A stretch of DNA of 64,000 nt from Eledone cirrhosa (taxonomy: Eukaryota). A program made the position numbers and the translations under genes. How positions within the stretch are numbered: position 1 is the first letter of the stretch; each line of letters starts with the position of its first letter. Under the pieces are notes generated by a model that did no database searches, had not been told where the DNA came from, and saw nothing but the letters and a program-made list of their open reading frames with translations. Location of the stretch: assembly GCA_964016885.1 (NCBI GenBank), contig OZ024764.1, forward strand, positions 22,630,001-22,694,000. Direction: 5' to 3'. Below are positions 53,065 through 64,000 of this stretch, piece by piece.

Positions 53065-53417
53065 CTATGTTAGTCAGCACATTCTTCACCAAAGAAGGCC
53101 TTAGTATTTATTACAGTCCATTTATCAATATAGAAATATTATATGAAATTTGTACTGATGTATTACAAGTTTCTCAGTATCTTATAATGTTCTTTTATTA
53201 TTTCAGAATACCAGAGGACATTGGCATTAAAGAGCACGTTACATCAGACATATCCTCAACATTAACCATTTCTAATGAAAGACACTACCCATCATTTTCA
53301 AATAATTTTGAAAACACTCAACACTTTGAAGTGATTTAGTAATATAACTAAATTTCTCAGTATTAAGCTGTGAATTATGTGAGAAACTGAGGTGATTGAT
53401 ATCTTTTAGTAGGAGAT

Positions 53418-54863
53418 ATGTCGAAAAATATAGTAAAATCACCATTCCACTGTGATATCTGTGGTAAATCATTCTCTCGTAGTGATAACCTAACTACTCA
53501 CAAACGTATTCATACAGGAGAGAAGCCATATCACTGTGATATCTGTGGTAAATCATTCAGTCGCAGTAATACCTTAACTAATCACAAACATATTCATACA
53601 GGAGAGAAACCATATCACTGTGATATCTGTGGTAAAACGTTCTCTACAAATAATAACCTAACTACTCACAAACGTATTCATACAGGAGAGAACCCATATC
53701 ACTGTGATATCTGTGGTAAATCATTCACTTGTAGTCATCACCTAACTACTCACAAACGTATTCATACAGGAGAGAAACCATATCACTGTGATATCTGTGG
53801 TAAATCATTCAGTGACAGTAGTAGCTTCAGAGTTCACAAAAAAATTCATACAGGAGAGAAACCATATCACTGTGACATCTGTGGTAAAACGTTCTCTAAA
53901 AACAATAGCGTAACTACTCACAAACGTATTCATACAGGAGAGAAGCCATATCAATGTGACATCTGTGATAAATCATTCACTCAAAGTAGTCACCTAACTA
54001 CTCACAAACGTATTCATACAGGAGAGAAGACATATCAATGTGATATCGGTGATAAATCATTCAGTGACAGTAGTAGCTTCAGAGTTCACAAACAAATTCA
54101 TACAGGAGAGAAGCCACATCAGTGTGACATCTGTGGTACATCATTCAGTCACAAAAGTAACTTAACTACCCACAAACGTATTCATACAGGAGAGAAGCCA
54201 TATCAGTGTGATATCTGTGGTAAATCATTCTCTCATAGTAATCACCTAACTACCCACAAACGTATCCATACAGGAGAGAAGCCATATCAGTGTGATATCT
54301 GTGGTAAATCATTCTCTCGTAATAACCTAACTACTCACAGACGTATTCATACAGGAGAGAAACCATATCACTGTGATATCTGTGGTAAAACATTCACTAA
54401 AAATAATAACCTAACTACTCACAAACGTATTCATACAGGAGAGAACCCATATCATTGTGATATCTGTGGTAAATCATTCTCTCATAGTAATCACCTAACT
54501 ACCCACAAACGTATCCATACAGGAGAGAAGCCATATCAGTGTGATATCTGTGGTAAATCATTCTCTCGTAATAACCTAACTACTCACAGACGTATTCATA
54601 CAGGAGAGAAACCATATCACTGTGATATCTGTGGTAAAACATTCACTAAAAATAATAACCTAACTACTCACAAACGTATTCATACAGGAGAGAACCCATA
54701 TCATTGTGATATCTGTGGTAAATTATTCTCTCAGAGTAATCAGCTAACTTCTCACAAACGTATTCATACAGGAGAGAAGCCATATCACTGTGACATCTGT
54801 GGTAAATCATTCTCTCAAAGTGGTAACTTAACCAAGCATGTGCGTATTCATACAGAAGTTTAG
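53418..54863 (+). CDS. Tandem C2H2 zinc-finger protein (unit 4), 481 aa, 17 finger repeats
   Basis: Fingers 1-9 nearly identical to unit 1, including the CDIGD broken finger. Has an internal 249-bp three-finger duplication. Confidence 0.93.
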   Translation: MSKNIVKSPFHCDICGKSFSRSDNLTTHKRIHTGEKPYHCDICGKSFSRSNTLTNHKHIHTGEKPYHCDICGKTFSTNNNLTTHKRIHTGENPYHCDICGKSFTCSHHLTTHKRIHTGEKPYHCDICGKSFSDSSSFRVHKKIHTGEKPYHCDICGKTFSKNNSVTTHKRIHTGEKPYQCDICDKSFTQSSHLTTHKRIHTGEKTYQCDIGDKSFSDSSSFRVHKQIHTGEKPHQCDICGTSFSHKSNLTTHKRIHTGEKPYQCDICGKSFSHSNHLTTHKRIHTGEKPYQCDICGKSFSRNNLTTHRRIHTGEKPYHCDICGKTFTKNNNLTTHKRIHTGENPYHCDICGKSFSHSNHLTTHKRIHTGEKPYQCDICGKSFSRNNLTTHRRIHTGEKPYHCDICGKTFTKNNNLTTHKRIHTGENPYHCDICGKLFSQSNQLTSHKRIHTGEKPYHCDICGKSFSQSGNLTKHVRIHTEV

Positions 54864-56289
54864 CTGTATCAATATCAAACTCATTACTACAACAACAACA
54901 ACAATTGTGTAGATCCATCATCCTGGCTAAAACTGGGGATAACCTTGTAGGTTTTACCTATGACAGGGATCATAAACACCAGGTTTCCATTTTTGAAGTA
55001 GTGTTTGAAGATTTTGTGTAAATTAAAGTTTTTCACATCAAACTTTGATTTATTATACTTTAACAGGTAAGATATATATTTGTATTTTTAGTAAAGGTTT
55101 GGGAACTTCTGTAATTTAAACCTGCCAATAAAATGAAAACTTTTGTTGTTGCTAGTCTGACATTGATATTAATTCTATTGTCCTGTACTTTGTCTCAAAT
55201 ATCACAGATTAAACAGATTTTAACAATAACAACAGAAGTCAATAACTTGTAAGCCTAATATCTAGCTTCCATTTTAACTATTTGATATTGTTGTTCCCCT
55301 CCTGTCTCTTCAGGTCTTTTAGATTTCAACTTCTATCTACTGTACTATTCCATCATCAAGGCAACATTCATCTGGCTGGCAGCTTACATCAACTACAGAT
55401 CTCATCAGTGGTTCACAACAGGCTGTCTGAAAGAAACTTGCTGATATCTTCTATGTCATAGCTATCAATCTCCTCCTCCTTATCATATGTATCATGTAGA
55501 ACATCTCTGAATTTATATTTAACAGGGAGATCTTTTACTGTCCCTACCCTTTTCTCTAGGTTGTCTTGTACCACTCTCACAGTCCCTCTAGATCTTATAT
55601 TTAACAGGGAAATCTTTTACTATCCTTACCCTTTTCTCTAGATTGTCTTGTACCAGTCTCACAGTCCCTCTCGATCTTATATTTAATAGGGAGATCTTTT
55701 ACTGTCTCTACCTCATTCTCTAGGTTGTCTTGTACCTCTCTCACAGTCCCTCTAGATCTTATATTTAACAGGGAGATCTTTTACTGTCTCTACGTCTTTC
55801 TCTAGGTTGTCTTGTACCACCCTCACAGTCCCTGTAGATCTTATATTTAACAGGGAGATCTTTTACTGTCCCTACCCTTTTCTCTAGGTGGTGTTGTACC
55901 TCTCTCACCGTCCCTGTAGATCTTATATTTAACAGGGAGATTTTTACTCTCCAACCCTTCTACAGATAGTCTTGTATCTGTCAGTCCCTCTAGATCTTAC
56001 ACCTAGTATCTAGTCTATGTTGAGTGGTACGTCCTTCTCCAGTAAAGGAGTTAATATTCCCAACCATCTGTCTATCCTGTTTTCTGATGAGAATGAAGTC
56101 AAGCTAGTTTATCTCTTCACCTGATTGAAGTAACTAGATCAAGTAACTAGATGTTTTCCTGTAAGTTAGTGTTGCAGTGTTTGTGTCACCATGTAAGGTT
56201 TATATCTATTAATATAGAGATGTAGTAAAGTTTTCACTGTTGTATCTCTATTTTCTAAATATCTTAATAATGTTTCTCTACTATTTCAG

Positions 56290-56658
56290 AATATCACATG
56301 ACCTTGACAGAAAAGAGTCTTTTAAAGACAACAGAAAGATGTTACATACAAGTGATATAAATTTGTTTAGTCTGTGGTGAATTATGGTGAAATATTTCTT
56401 CTGAATTGTGATAAATAACAACATTTTCCTTTTTCACTGTCTGGAATATTTACAAGATGATTTTACATTCTGATTAAACTTTGGATATTTACAAAGGAGT
56501 TTTCAAAATATTTGGATATTGACAAAGATCACATTTGGTAAAAATTATGAACAATAGAAATATTTACATCAACATAGGAATATTTTCCAGAAGAGATGGG
56601 AAAATCATTATACCACTGTAATATTTGTGGTTAAGTATTCTCTCTTCTTTATATGTAG
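56290..56658 (+). pseudogene. Relic second ZNF exon (unit 4)
   Basis: Micro-ORF from 56596 MGKSLYHCNICG*, with an earlier stop. The unit 3 copy (about 41677-41920) is truncated before the finger. Confidence 0.65.
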
Positions 56659-58116
56659 AACATCTAACTAAACACTTTAACTAACAAACTATTGTGCTCT
56701 AGAATTGACAAACTTGAGCAATGTTTAATAAATGTTACAGATTTCTCCAAACTGTCGTTTACTAACTTTAATTTGAAGCTATATTATCTATATACTACTA
56801 AAACTCTGTGATCGTGTCTTGTCTGTAATTTAATACAGCTAAAACAGTGCATAATGGGGAAATACTTTGAAAAGAATAAAACAAGTTTTGTATAAATTGG
56901 AGCACAGGTTCCCAAGATACGGGGTTTTCTGAGTACCTTGATAAATATAGGGAGAGAAAGAGATAGTGGTTGTGAGAGTGAGGAGACAGATGGAAGAGAG
57001 AGTGAGAGCTGGTGGTGTTTAATAAAATATGTGTGTGTGTATATATGTATATAAATATATACGTATGTATATTTTAACTATTTAAAAACTATTTTAAAAT
57101 GATATTTAAAAAATAGTTTTAAGGGAACGTGACAGAACAGGTCCCAGGTCGTCTAGTTTGTTACTAAATACTAGATATTAGAGGGTCATGTTCTAGATGT
57201 GCTGGAAGAGCCATTCCATCTCGTGAGGCTCACACCAGCAGCTAGCCACCTCAGCACCTATGGTGGTATATTTATTATATTATTTATTCTTTATCATTAA
57301 TATTAATATAAAAGATAATTATATATTTTTAGAGAAGAACCTCTAATTTCATATAGCTTAGGGCTTCAGTAGGTAAAAGTCTGGTCCTGCTTGTCTTGTA
57401 TTTTTTAGGGGAGAAGTTAGGGAATACTGTTATTGTGTGAAAGTTTTCTAAATCTTCTTCAGCCACTAACGTGGAGAAGATATTTCAGTAAGAAGGTTCA
57501 CATCCTGACATCTATAGCTGTTAACAAGGAGATTGGAATTCATTATTAAACAAATGTTATATCATCATCACTGTTTTACATCATTTTTTCCACGCTGGCA
57601 TGGGTTAGACGAGTTATCCTGTTGTAAGCAATGCCAGGTCAGGTGACCACGTGTTGCTTCTACAGAACCAATTTTGGTTTTGTTTCTGCAGCTGGATGAC
57701 CTTCCTAGAACCAAGCTTATTTACATTGAGTACTGGGTGCTTTTTACCATCTCACCAACTCGACCACTTCACAGTGTGGGCTGGGTACTTTTTAACTTTT
57801 TGTCATGATACCTACAGTACCACTTTACAATGAGTACTGGGTACTTTCTGTTGTGACACCTACAGTACCACTTTACTGTGAGTACTACTTGACCACTTTA
57901 CAGTGAGTACTGGGTACTTTATGTCATGACACCTACAGTACCACTTTACAGTGTGGACTGGATACTTTTTGTTGTGACACCTACACGACCTCTCTACAGT
58001 GTTGGCAGTGAAATATCTAATGCACCAGCTTCAGTAATCAGAAGATCGCTGTTTTCTATATTATAATTTTATAATATACATATACACATACAAACACAAA
58101 TATATATATATATAGA

Positions 58117-60872
58117 TGTGTGCTGCGTGCAAGAGGTGAGATGGAGAGGTGCCTCTGCGAGACTAGTCGTAGGCAAACATCTTAGCTATAAGCTTTTCTG
58201 GGTAGGTAAGGATGATGGGTTAGGGGGAGTAGGCATTTTCCTGGCTGAGAGATGGATCAATAAGACAATAGAGGTAGTTCGAGTTAGTAATAGAATAAGC
58301 TTAGGTTAGTTGTAGGCAGGAGACTACTGACAATCATCTCTGCCTATGACAGAGGACGGAGACATCATTATGCTAGTAGGGGACTTCAATGGTCATGTTG
58401 GACAGCTCCAGGATGGTTATACTGGGGTACATGGTGGGCACGGTTACGGCTCAAGAAATGAAGAAGGAGTGAGACTTCTTGAATTTTGTGATGCAGGTAC
58501 ATTGACTATTTGCAACACAAACTTCCAGAAACCTGCCAATCACCTAATAACCTACAAATCGGGCGAGCACATAAGCCAGATTGACTTCTTACTAGTTAGG
58601 CAGCGGGACAGGCAGATCGTGTCTAATACCATGGCATACCCTGGGGAAGAATGTACCCCACAGCATAGGTTAGTTGTTAGTGATATCTCAGTAAGCAAGA
58701 GATGGAATGAGACATACAGGAAGGTGTGGAGAAGAAAGGTCTGGAAGCTAAAAGAGCTTTAACTAAAATACAAATTTAGGAAAGCCCTTCAAGATGTATA
58801 TGACGAAAAAGAAGACGATTTAGAGACGTATGACATAGATAACAACTGGAATTTCTTGTGTGACAACTTACTGCAGGCTACTGATGAAACTTCTGGCTGG
58901 AACAGAGCTCCAACCAGACAGAGAGTGACCTGGTGGTGGAACAGCACAGTAGATAAGGCCATTAGAGACAAAAGGCTAGCATGGAAGGCTTGGAAAAAGG
59001 GTGGGAGTAGGGAAGAATATACAGCCACTAAGAGAGAAGCTAGACGTCAGGTGTACTTAGCACGCAGGGAGACTGAGAGTAGGAGGTTTGCCAATGTTCT
59101 GCGACGGGAAGATTAGGGTCAATGCAAATCAGGATGTTGTTGGAGATAAATGTGTCCGGGATGATGCTGGTGTACTTAGTGTCACGAATGATCAGAAAGA
59201 GGAGGCCTGGAAATGTCATTATGAGAGACTGATGAATGTGGAGAACGAATGGGGGAGAGAGAAATTACCCTTAGTAGATCCGATAGAGGGACCAGCTATT
59301 GAGATTGATGAATATAGGGTCCAAGAGGCGATTAAGGAAATGAAAAATGGTAAGGCTGCTGGACCATCGGGAATAGTTGCTGAGATGCTGAAGGCATCAG
59401 GGGATGTAGACACTAAACTGGTTGCACACATCATTAATCAGGCTATATATGGTGGTGTCATACCCAAAGACTGGTGCAGCAGTATTCTCATAAATTGCTA
59501 CAAAGGTAAAAGGGAGAGGAGCAATTATAGGGGTATAAAACTGATGGATCAGGTTATGAAAGTGGCAGAAAGGATATTAGCACAACTAATTAGAGAAAGG
59601 GTCAAACTAGATGAGATGCAGTTTGGTTTTGTGCCTGGGAAGAGTACAACCGATGCCCTCTTCTTGGTGAGACAATTGCAAGAGAGGTTCTTAGAGAAAA
59701 ATAAGCCACTCTACTTAGCCTTTATTGACCTAGAGAAGACCTTTGATAGGGTACCCCGATCTGTCATCTGGTGGTCCCTAAGGAAACTAGGTGTTGAGGA
59801 ATGGCTTGTGAGGACAGTGCAAGCTATGTACAAGTAGGAGTACATCAACGTTCGGTCCTCAGCACGCTCTTGTTCATTATAGTCCTCCAAGTCATAACAG
59901 AGGAGTTTAAGACTGGCTGCCCATGGGAACTTCTCTATGCTGACGATCTGGTTCTTATAGCAGAATCAGTAGAGGAGCTAGAGAATAAATTCTGGCTTTG
60001 GAAACAGCAAGAGGACTGAGAGTGAACCTAGCTATGACAAAAGTGTTGATGAGTAGAAAAGAGGACAAAACTCTGATTCTATTAGGGAAATGGCCATGTT
60101 CGATATGCAGAAAAGGAACTGGCATAAATTCTATAAAATGCACACAATGCAGATCCTGGGTACACGAGATGTAGCGGGATAGCAGGCAAACTAACAGGTA
60201 GGGATAAATACGTATGCAGTAGATGTACAGGGAAATTAGACAGTAGAAGTCGCATTGATAGACACAGTTTTCAAATGCAGGAAGGCGCTATAGAAGTGGT
60301 GGATAGCTTCCAGTACCTAGGAGATCAGATTAGCATGGGAGGAGGGTGTTCCGAGGCCATAGTAACTAGAATAAGGACGGGTTGGAAGACGTTTAGGGAG
60401 CTGCTTCCTCTGCTGACGAAGAAAGGCCGGTTGTATGATGCCTATGTGAGCACCGCAATGCTGCATGGTAGTGAGACATGGGCAGCAACTGCAGAAATGA
60501 GACATCCGTTGGATGTGCAGTGTAAATGTGCGTGAACGACCCAGCATGAATGTGTTGAGAGAGAAACTGTGTCTGAGATGGATAGAATGTAGTGTACGGG
60601 GGAGAAGACTGAGGTGGTATGGACATGTGATGCGCATGGAGGATGACCGATGGGTGAAGAAGTGCCAGGAAATGACAGTTGAAGGAAGACGTGGTCGAGG
60701 TAGACCACGAAAAACATGGGCGGAGGTGGTTAGAACAGACCTCACATCGTTGAAGCTCTCGGTGGAGATGACGAAGGACCGTGATGAGTGGAGAGATGTT
60801 GTGCTGAATAAGACCCGTCCCACCCTTGCGAGCAGGGAATAGCGGACGTGAAATGATGATGATGATGATGAT
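58117..60872 (+). mobile_element. Near-full-length degraded RTE LINE (endonuclease + RT), unit 4 only
   Basis: CVQEVRW, GDFNGHVG, QIDFLL, QHRLVVSD, FIDLEK, YADD, LRWYGHVMR; (GAT)n tail. Sits in the (TA)n tract just before the Tigger. Confidence 0.94.
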
Positions 60873-60873
60873 A

Positions 60874-62455
60874 CAGTGGTACCTTGACTTACGAGTGTCC
60901 CAACTATTCGGCTGATTTTTTGCGTTGAGTTCCAGGGTAACATTCGGGTTGCGAGTCAGCTTCAGATGCCCCGCCACTAGTTGGCATAGCGACCGCCACA
61001 GGGAATACGATAACACCCGCCCAGCATCCCATGGCTTCGAAGAAAGTGAGGGCGAAGGACAGTTCTGAGAAGAAGAAGCAGATGATGTGTATTGAATTAT
61101 AGAAAGAAATTATAGAAAAACATGACCAAGGTGTGTGTAGTGGACTTGGCGAAGCAGTACGAGTGATGAAACAGAACTTTTTTGGAAGAAGATGCCACGG
61201 AGGACTTATATAATGGCAGAGGAGAAGAGGATGCCTGGCCACAAACCCATAAAGGATAGGCTAACCCTCGCACTGTGCCAATGTGAGCGGTGACTGTAAG
61301 ATTAAGTTGCCGCTCATTTATCATTCAGACAATTCCAGAGTCTGAAAGAAAAATAGCAGGTTATGTGGAGGGCAAACCCGAGGACATGGGTCACCAGGCA
61401 GTTCTTTGTGGAGTGGGTGAATTTGGTCTTTGGTCCTGACGTTAAAAAATATCTCCAGGAAAATAACCTACCCCTGCAAACCTTCTTGTTTTGGACAATA
61501 CACCTGCTCACCAACCTAACCTTGAAGAGTTCAAGTTTATAAAGGTTCTCTACCTTCCACCAAACACCACCCCTAACCTACAGACCAAGGACCAGCAGGT
61601 ACTTTCTAATTTCAAGAAGCTCTTCACCAAGCACCTGTTCAGTCGCTGCTTTGAAGTGACGGGGAGCACAAACTTCACCCTTGAGAGGTCTGGAAGGACC
61701 ATTATAACATCGTGATATGCCTCAGAATTATCGATATGACCTGGCAGGGTCTTACAAAGAGGACCTTAACCTCTACATGGAAGAAGCTGTGGCATGAAGT
61801 TGTGTTTAAAACAGACTTTGAAAGACTGGAACCCGAAGCGGCAGTGGTGGATGAGATTGTACCCCTCGGTAAGTCCATGGGCCTGGACATGGATGAAGGT
61901 GACATCAACGAGCTCATCGAGGAGCACTCCCAGGAGATGACAATGAAGGAATTAAAGGAGCTACAAACACAGCAACACACAGAGTTTTTGCAGGAAATAG
62001 GTGACACAGTGGAGGTTATCTCAACAAGTGAGATGAAACAAACCTTATTAGACAGGTTCTTATCGAAAATCCCTGCATATAAAAGTGAGGAAAGTGTGGC
62101 GAAAAGGGGCAAAAATCAGCGAATAAGATTCAGTTATTCAGTTCATCCTTTCTCCTCCGTCAACATCCTCAAGTCGTCTGATCTCCAAGATAGATGCTGT
62201 ACATTATACTTAATAAAACTAGTTTGTTGTAGTACATTCTATTGTATTGTTTTTTATATACAATATTTGTTATTTATAAGTACATTTTTCTTATTTAAAA
62301 ACACGTAACAAAAGAAACTGTGGTTTTGGGGGGTCTGGAACAGATTAATGGCATTTTATTTTATTTCAGTGGGGAAAATTGATTTGACATACGAGTAATT
62401 TAAGTTACGAGGTCCTCCACGGAACAAATTAAACTCTTAAGTCAAGGTACCACAG
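60874..62455 (+). mobile_element. Paralogous Tigger copy with internal deletions
   Basis: Same TIRs. Jumps from gcagtacgag to tgatgaaacag near 61163, losing about 440 bp. Confidence 0.92.
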
Positions 62456-63774
62456 TGTGTATGTATATATATATATATATGAAGGAACGATCGACTTTCG
62501 TCAAATCGGACCGAGGAAGCAATGTTTCCATTGGTCTTTCCAATTGCTAGTACTAACGGTCGCAATTCCAGGTAGAAGGAACGACGTGAAATAAAGTGTC
62601 TTGCTCAAGGTCATAACGCATCGCCTGGTCCAGGAATCGAACTTACAACCTCAAGATATATATATATATATATAGTTAAATATTAGACAGGAACAAAAAA
62701 CAGAGGCAGTGCAAATGGTAGTTTATACCGAGAGAGAGAGAGACAAACACATATATACCCCTACTACAGTAAAACATAAAACATATGTAAGGGGAGACAA
62801 CTTTCGTTACATCCCCTCTTGTTTCTGATATACGATCTTTAGATACTTTGTCCAATGGAATCTACTTTATTTTGTGTCCTAAGTAGATTTCTGTTTAAGT
62901 ATTTACGAGATTCACAATGATTCACGTAACCAAGTTACTTACATAGAGATATATTTCACATAGAATCACAACAAATGAAAATATTAAGTCAACACTCTGT
63001 CAATCAGTCTCACATCACATGGGGTGCCGGAGTCTCCCTCTAATACTTTCTGAGACAGTCTTACCTCGAGTGATAGCAAGGCTAAGATGTTGGAACTACC
63101 AAACACCCTCATATGTATCACCTGACACCTCGGTAAGGAAAGCTGCCAACGATAACAGGGACCTCGTTGTCAGGGACCTATCTCCTCCAAACTTCTCCAA
63201 CACCACAGACTAGAATATTCTACTCTTTATTCCCTATTAAATATATTTCAGTCTAGTCATTTATCTTGTATCTTGTATATGTATTTTCAAAACTAACTGT
63301 CACATTTGTGAGACCCCAGTTAGTGATGTTTTTGTCTCCCTCCCACATCCTACATGCTGTAGTAAAAGTGAGGGTCACTGCTTCCGTAGACGAACGAAAT
63401 AAAAGCTAAACTACCAGTAATTATCGGCAAAGTATTTATTCCAGTCTGTGATGTTTGAGAAGCTGGGCTGCTGACAACGAAGTTGTTGTCACTGTTGGCG
63501 GCTGGCTTTACCGAAGTACCCGATGACTCTTGTGAGGGTACTTAGCTATTCTGGCGGTTTAGCCTCTATATGACCTGATCTTACCGAGATACCCGGCGAT
63601 CTCTGTCAGGGTACTTAGCTGTTCTGGTAGCTTAGCCTCCATATGACCCGATCTTACCGAGATACCCGGTGATCTCTGTAAGAGTACTTAGCTGTTCTAT
63701 TTTAATTTCATTTACTGTTTTTTACTTCATTTTTTTATTACAAACTTTACATAATTTAATTCGGTAAATATATT

Positions 63775-63920
63775 TTAACGTCACAAAAAAACTCGACCTT
63801 TGACATTGAAGCATGCGCAGTGGTGCTGTTGTCGACTTCCTGTCCACGTGTTAGTCTTCCTACAACATCATTTAGAAAACATTTCTGTAAATACTAAACA
63901 CCTCAGACTATAATGTAAGT
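63775..63920 (+). promoter_or_regulatory. Putative ZNF promoter and exon 1 (unit 5; gene beyond the window)
   Basis: Same cluster (GCATGCGCA, ACTTCCTG, CACGTG); donor GTAAGT at 63915. Confidence 0.58.
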
Positions 63921-64000
63921 ATTATGTCTATTAATATTGTAGATTTAAGCTCACTTTTCACATCACAAATATATATTTTCTTCGCTCAACCTTAAGTCTC

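Overview
AT-rich eukaryotic DNA that looks like a cephalopod (probably octopus) C2H2 zinc-finger cluster. The taxon is an inference from the [11 protein letters not shown] finger type and the repeat content. The window is a head-to-tail array of segmental duplications: four complete units (approx. 1-15.2k, 15.2-34.2k, 34.2-45.5k, 45.5-62.5k) and the start of a fifth. Each complete unit has one + strand ORF, uninterrupted by introns, made almost only of C2H2 fingers (17, 15, 11 and 17 finger repeats; no KRAB/SCAN/BTB domain visible). A typical unit contains: a compact motif-rich promoter and non-coding exon 1; an intron full of transposon relics; a piggyBac MITE followed by a 39-bp VNTR; the ZNF exon; a 3'UTR with a strong splice donor and a polyA signal; an 82-bp minisatellite derived from a LINE; and a relic second ZNF exon. 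Units are joined by one of two spacer types, containing either a Tigger or an hAT transposon. Unit-specific events include RTE, CR1 and CRE LINE insertions, a foldback element, and deletion of the whole promoter/exon 1 in unit 3. I see no CRISPR array, rRNA or true tRNA gene. The best candidates for new biology concern how the ZNF cassette is regulated and diversified, and all of these need RNA data.
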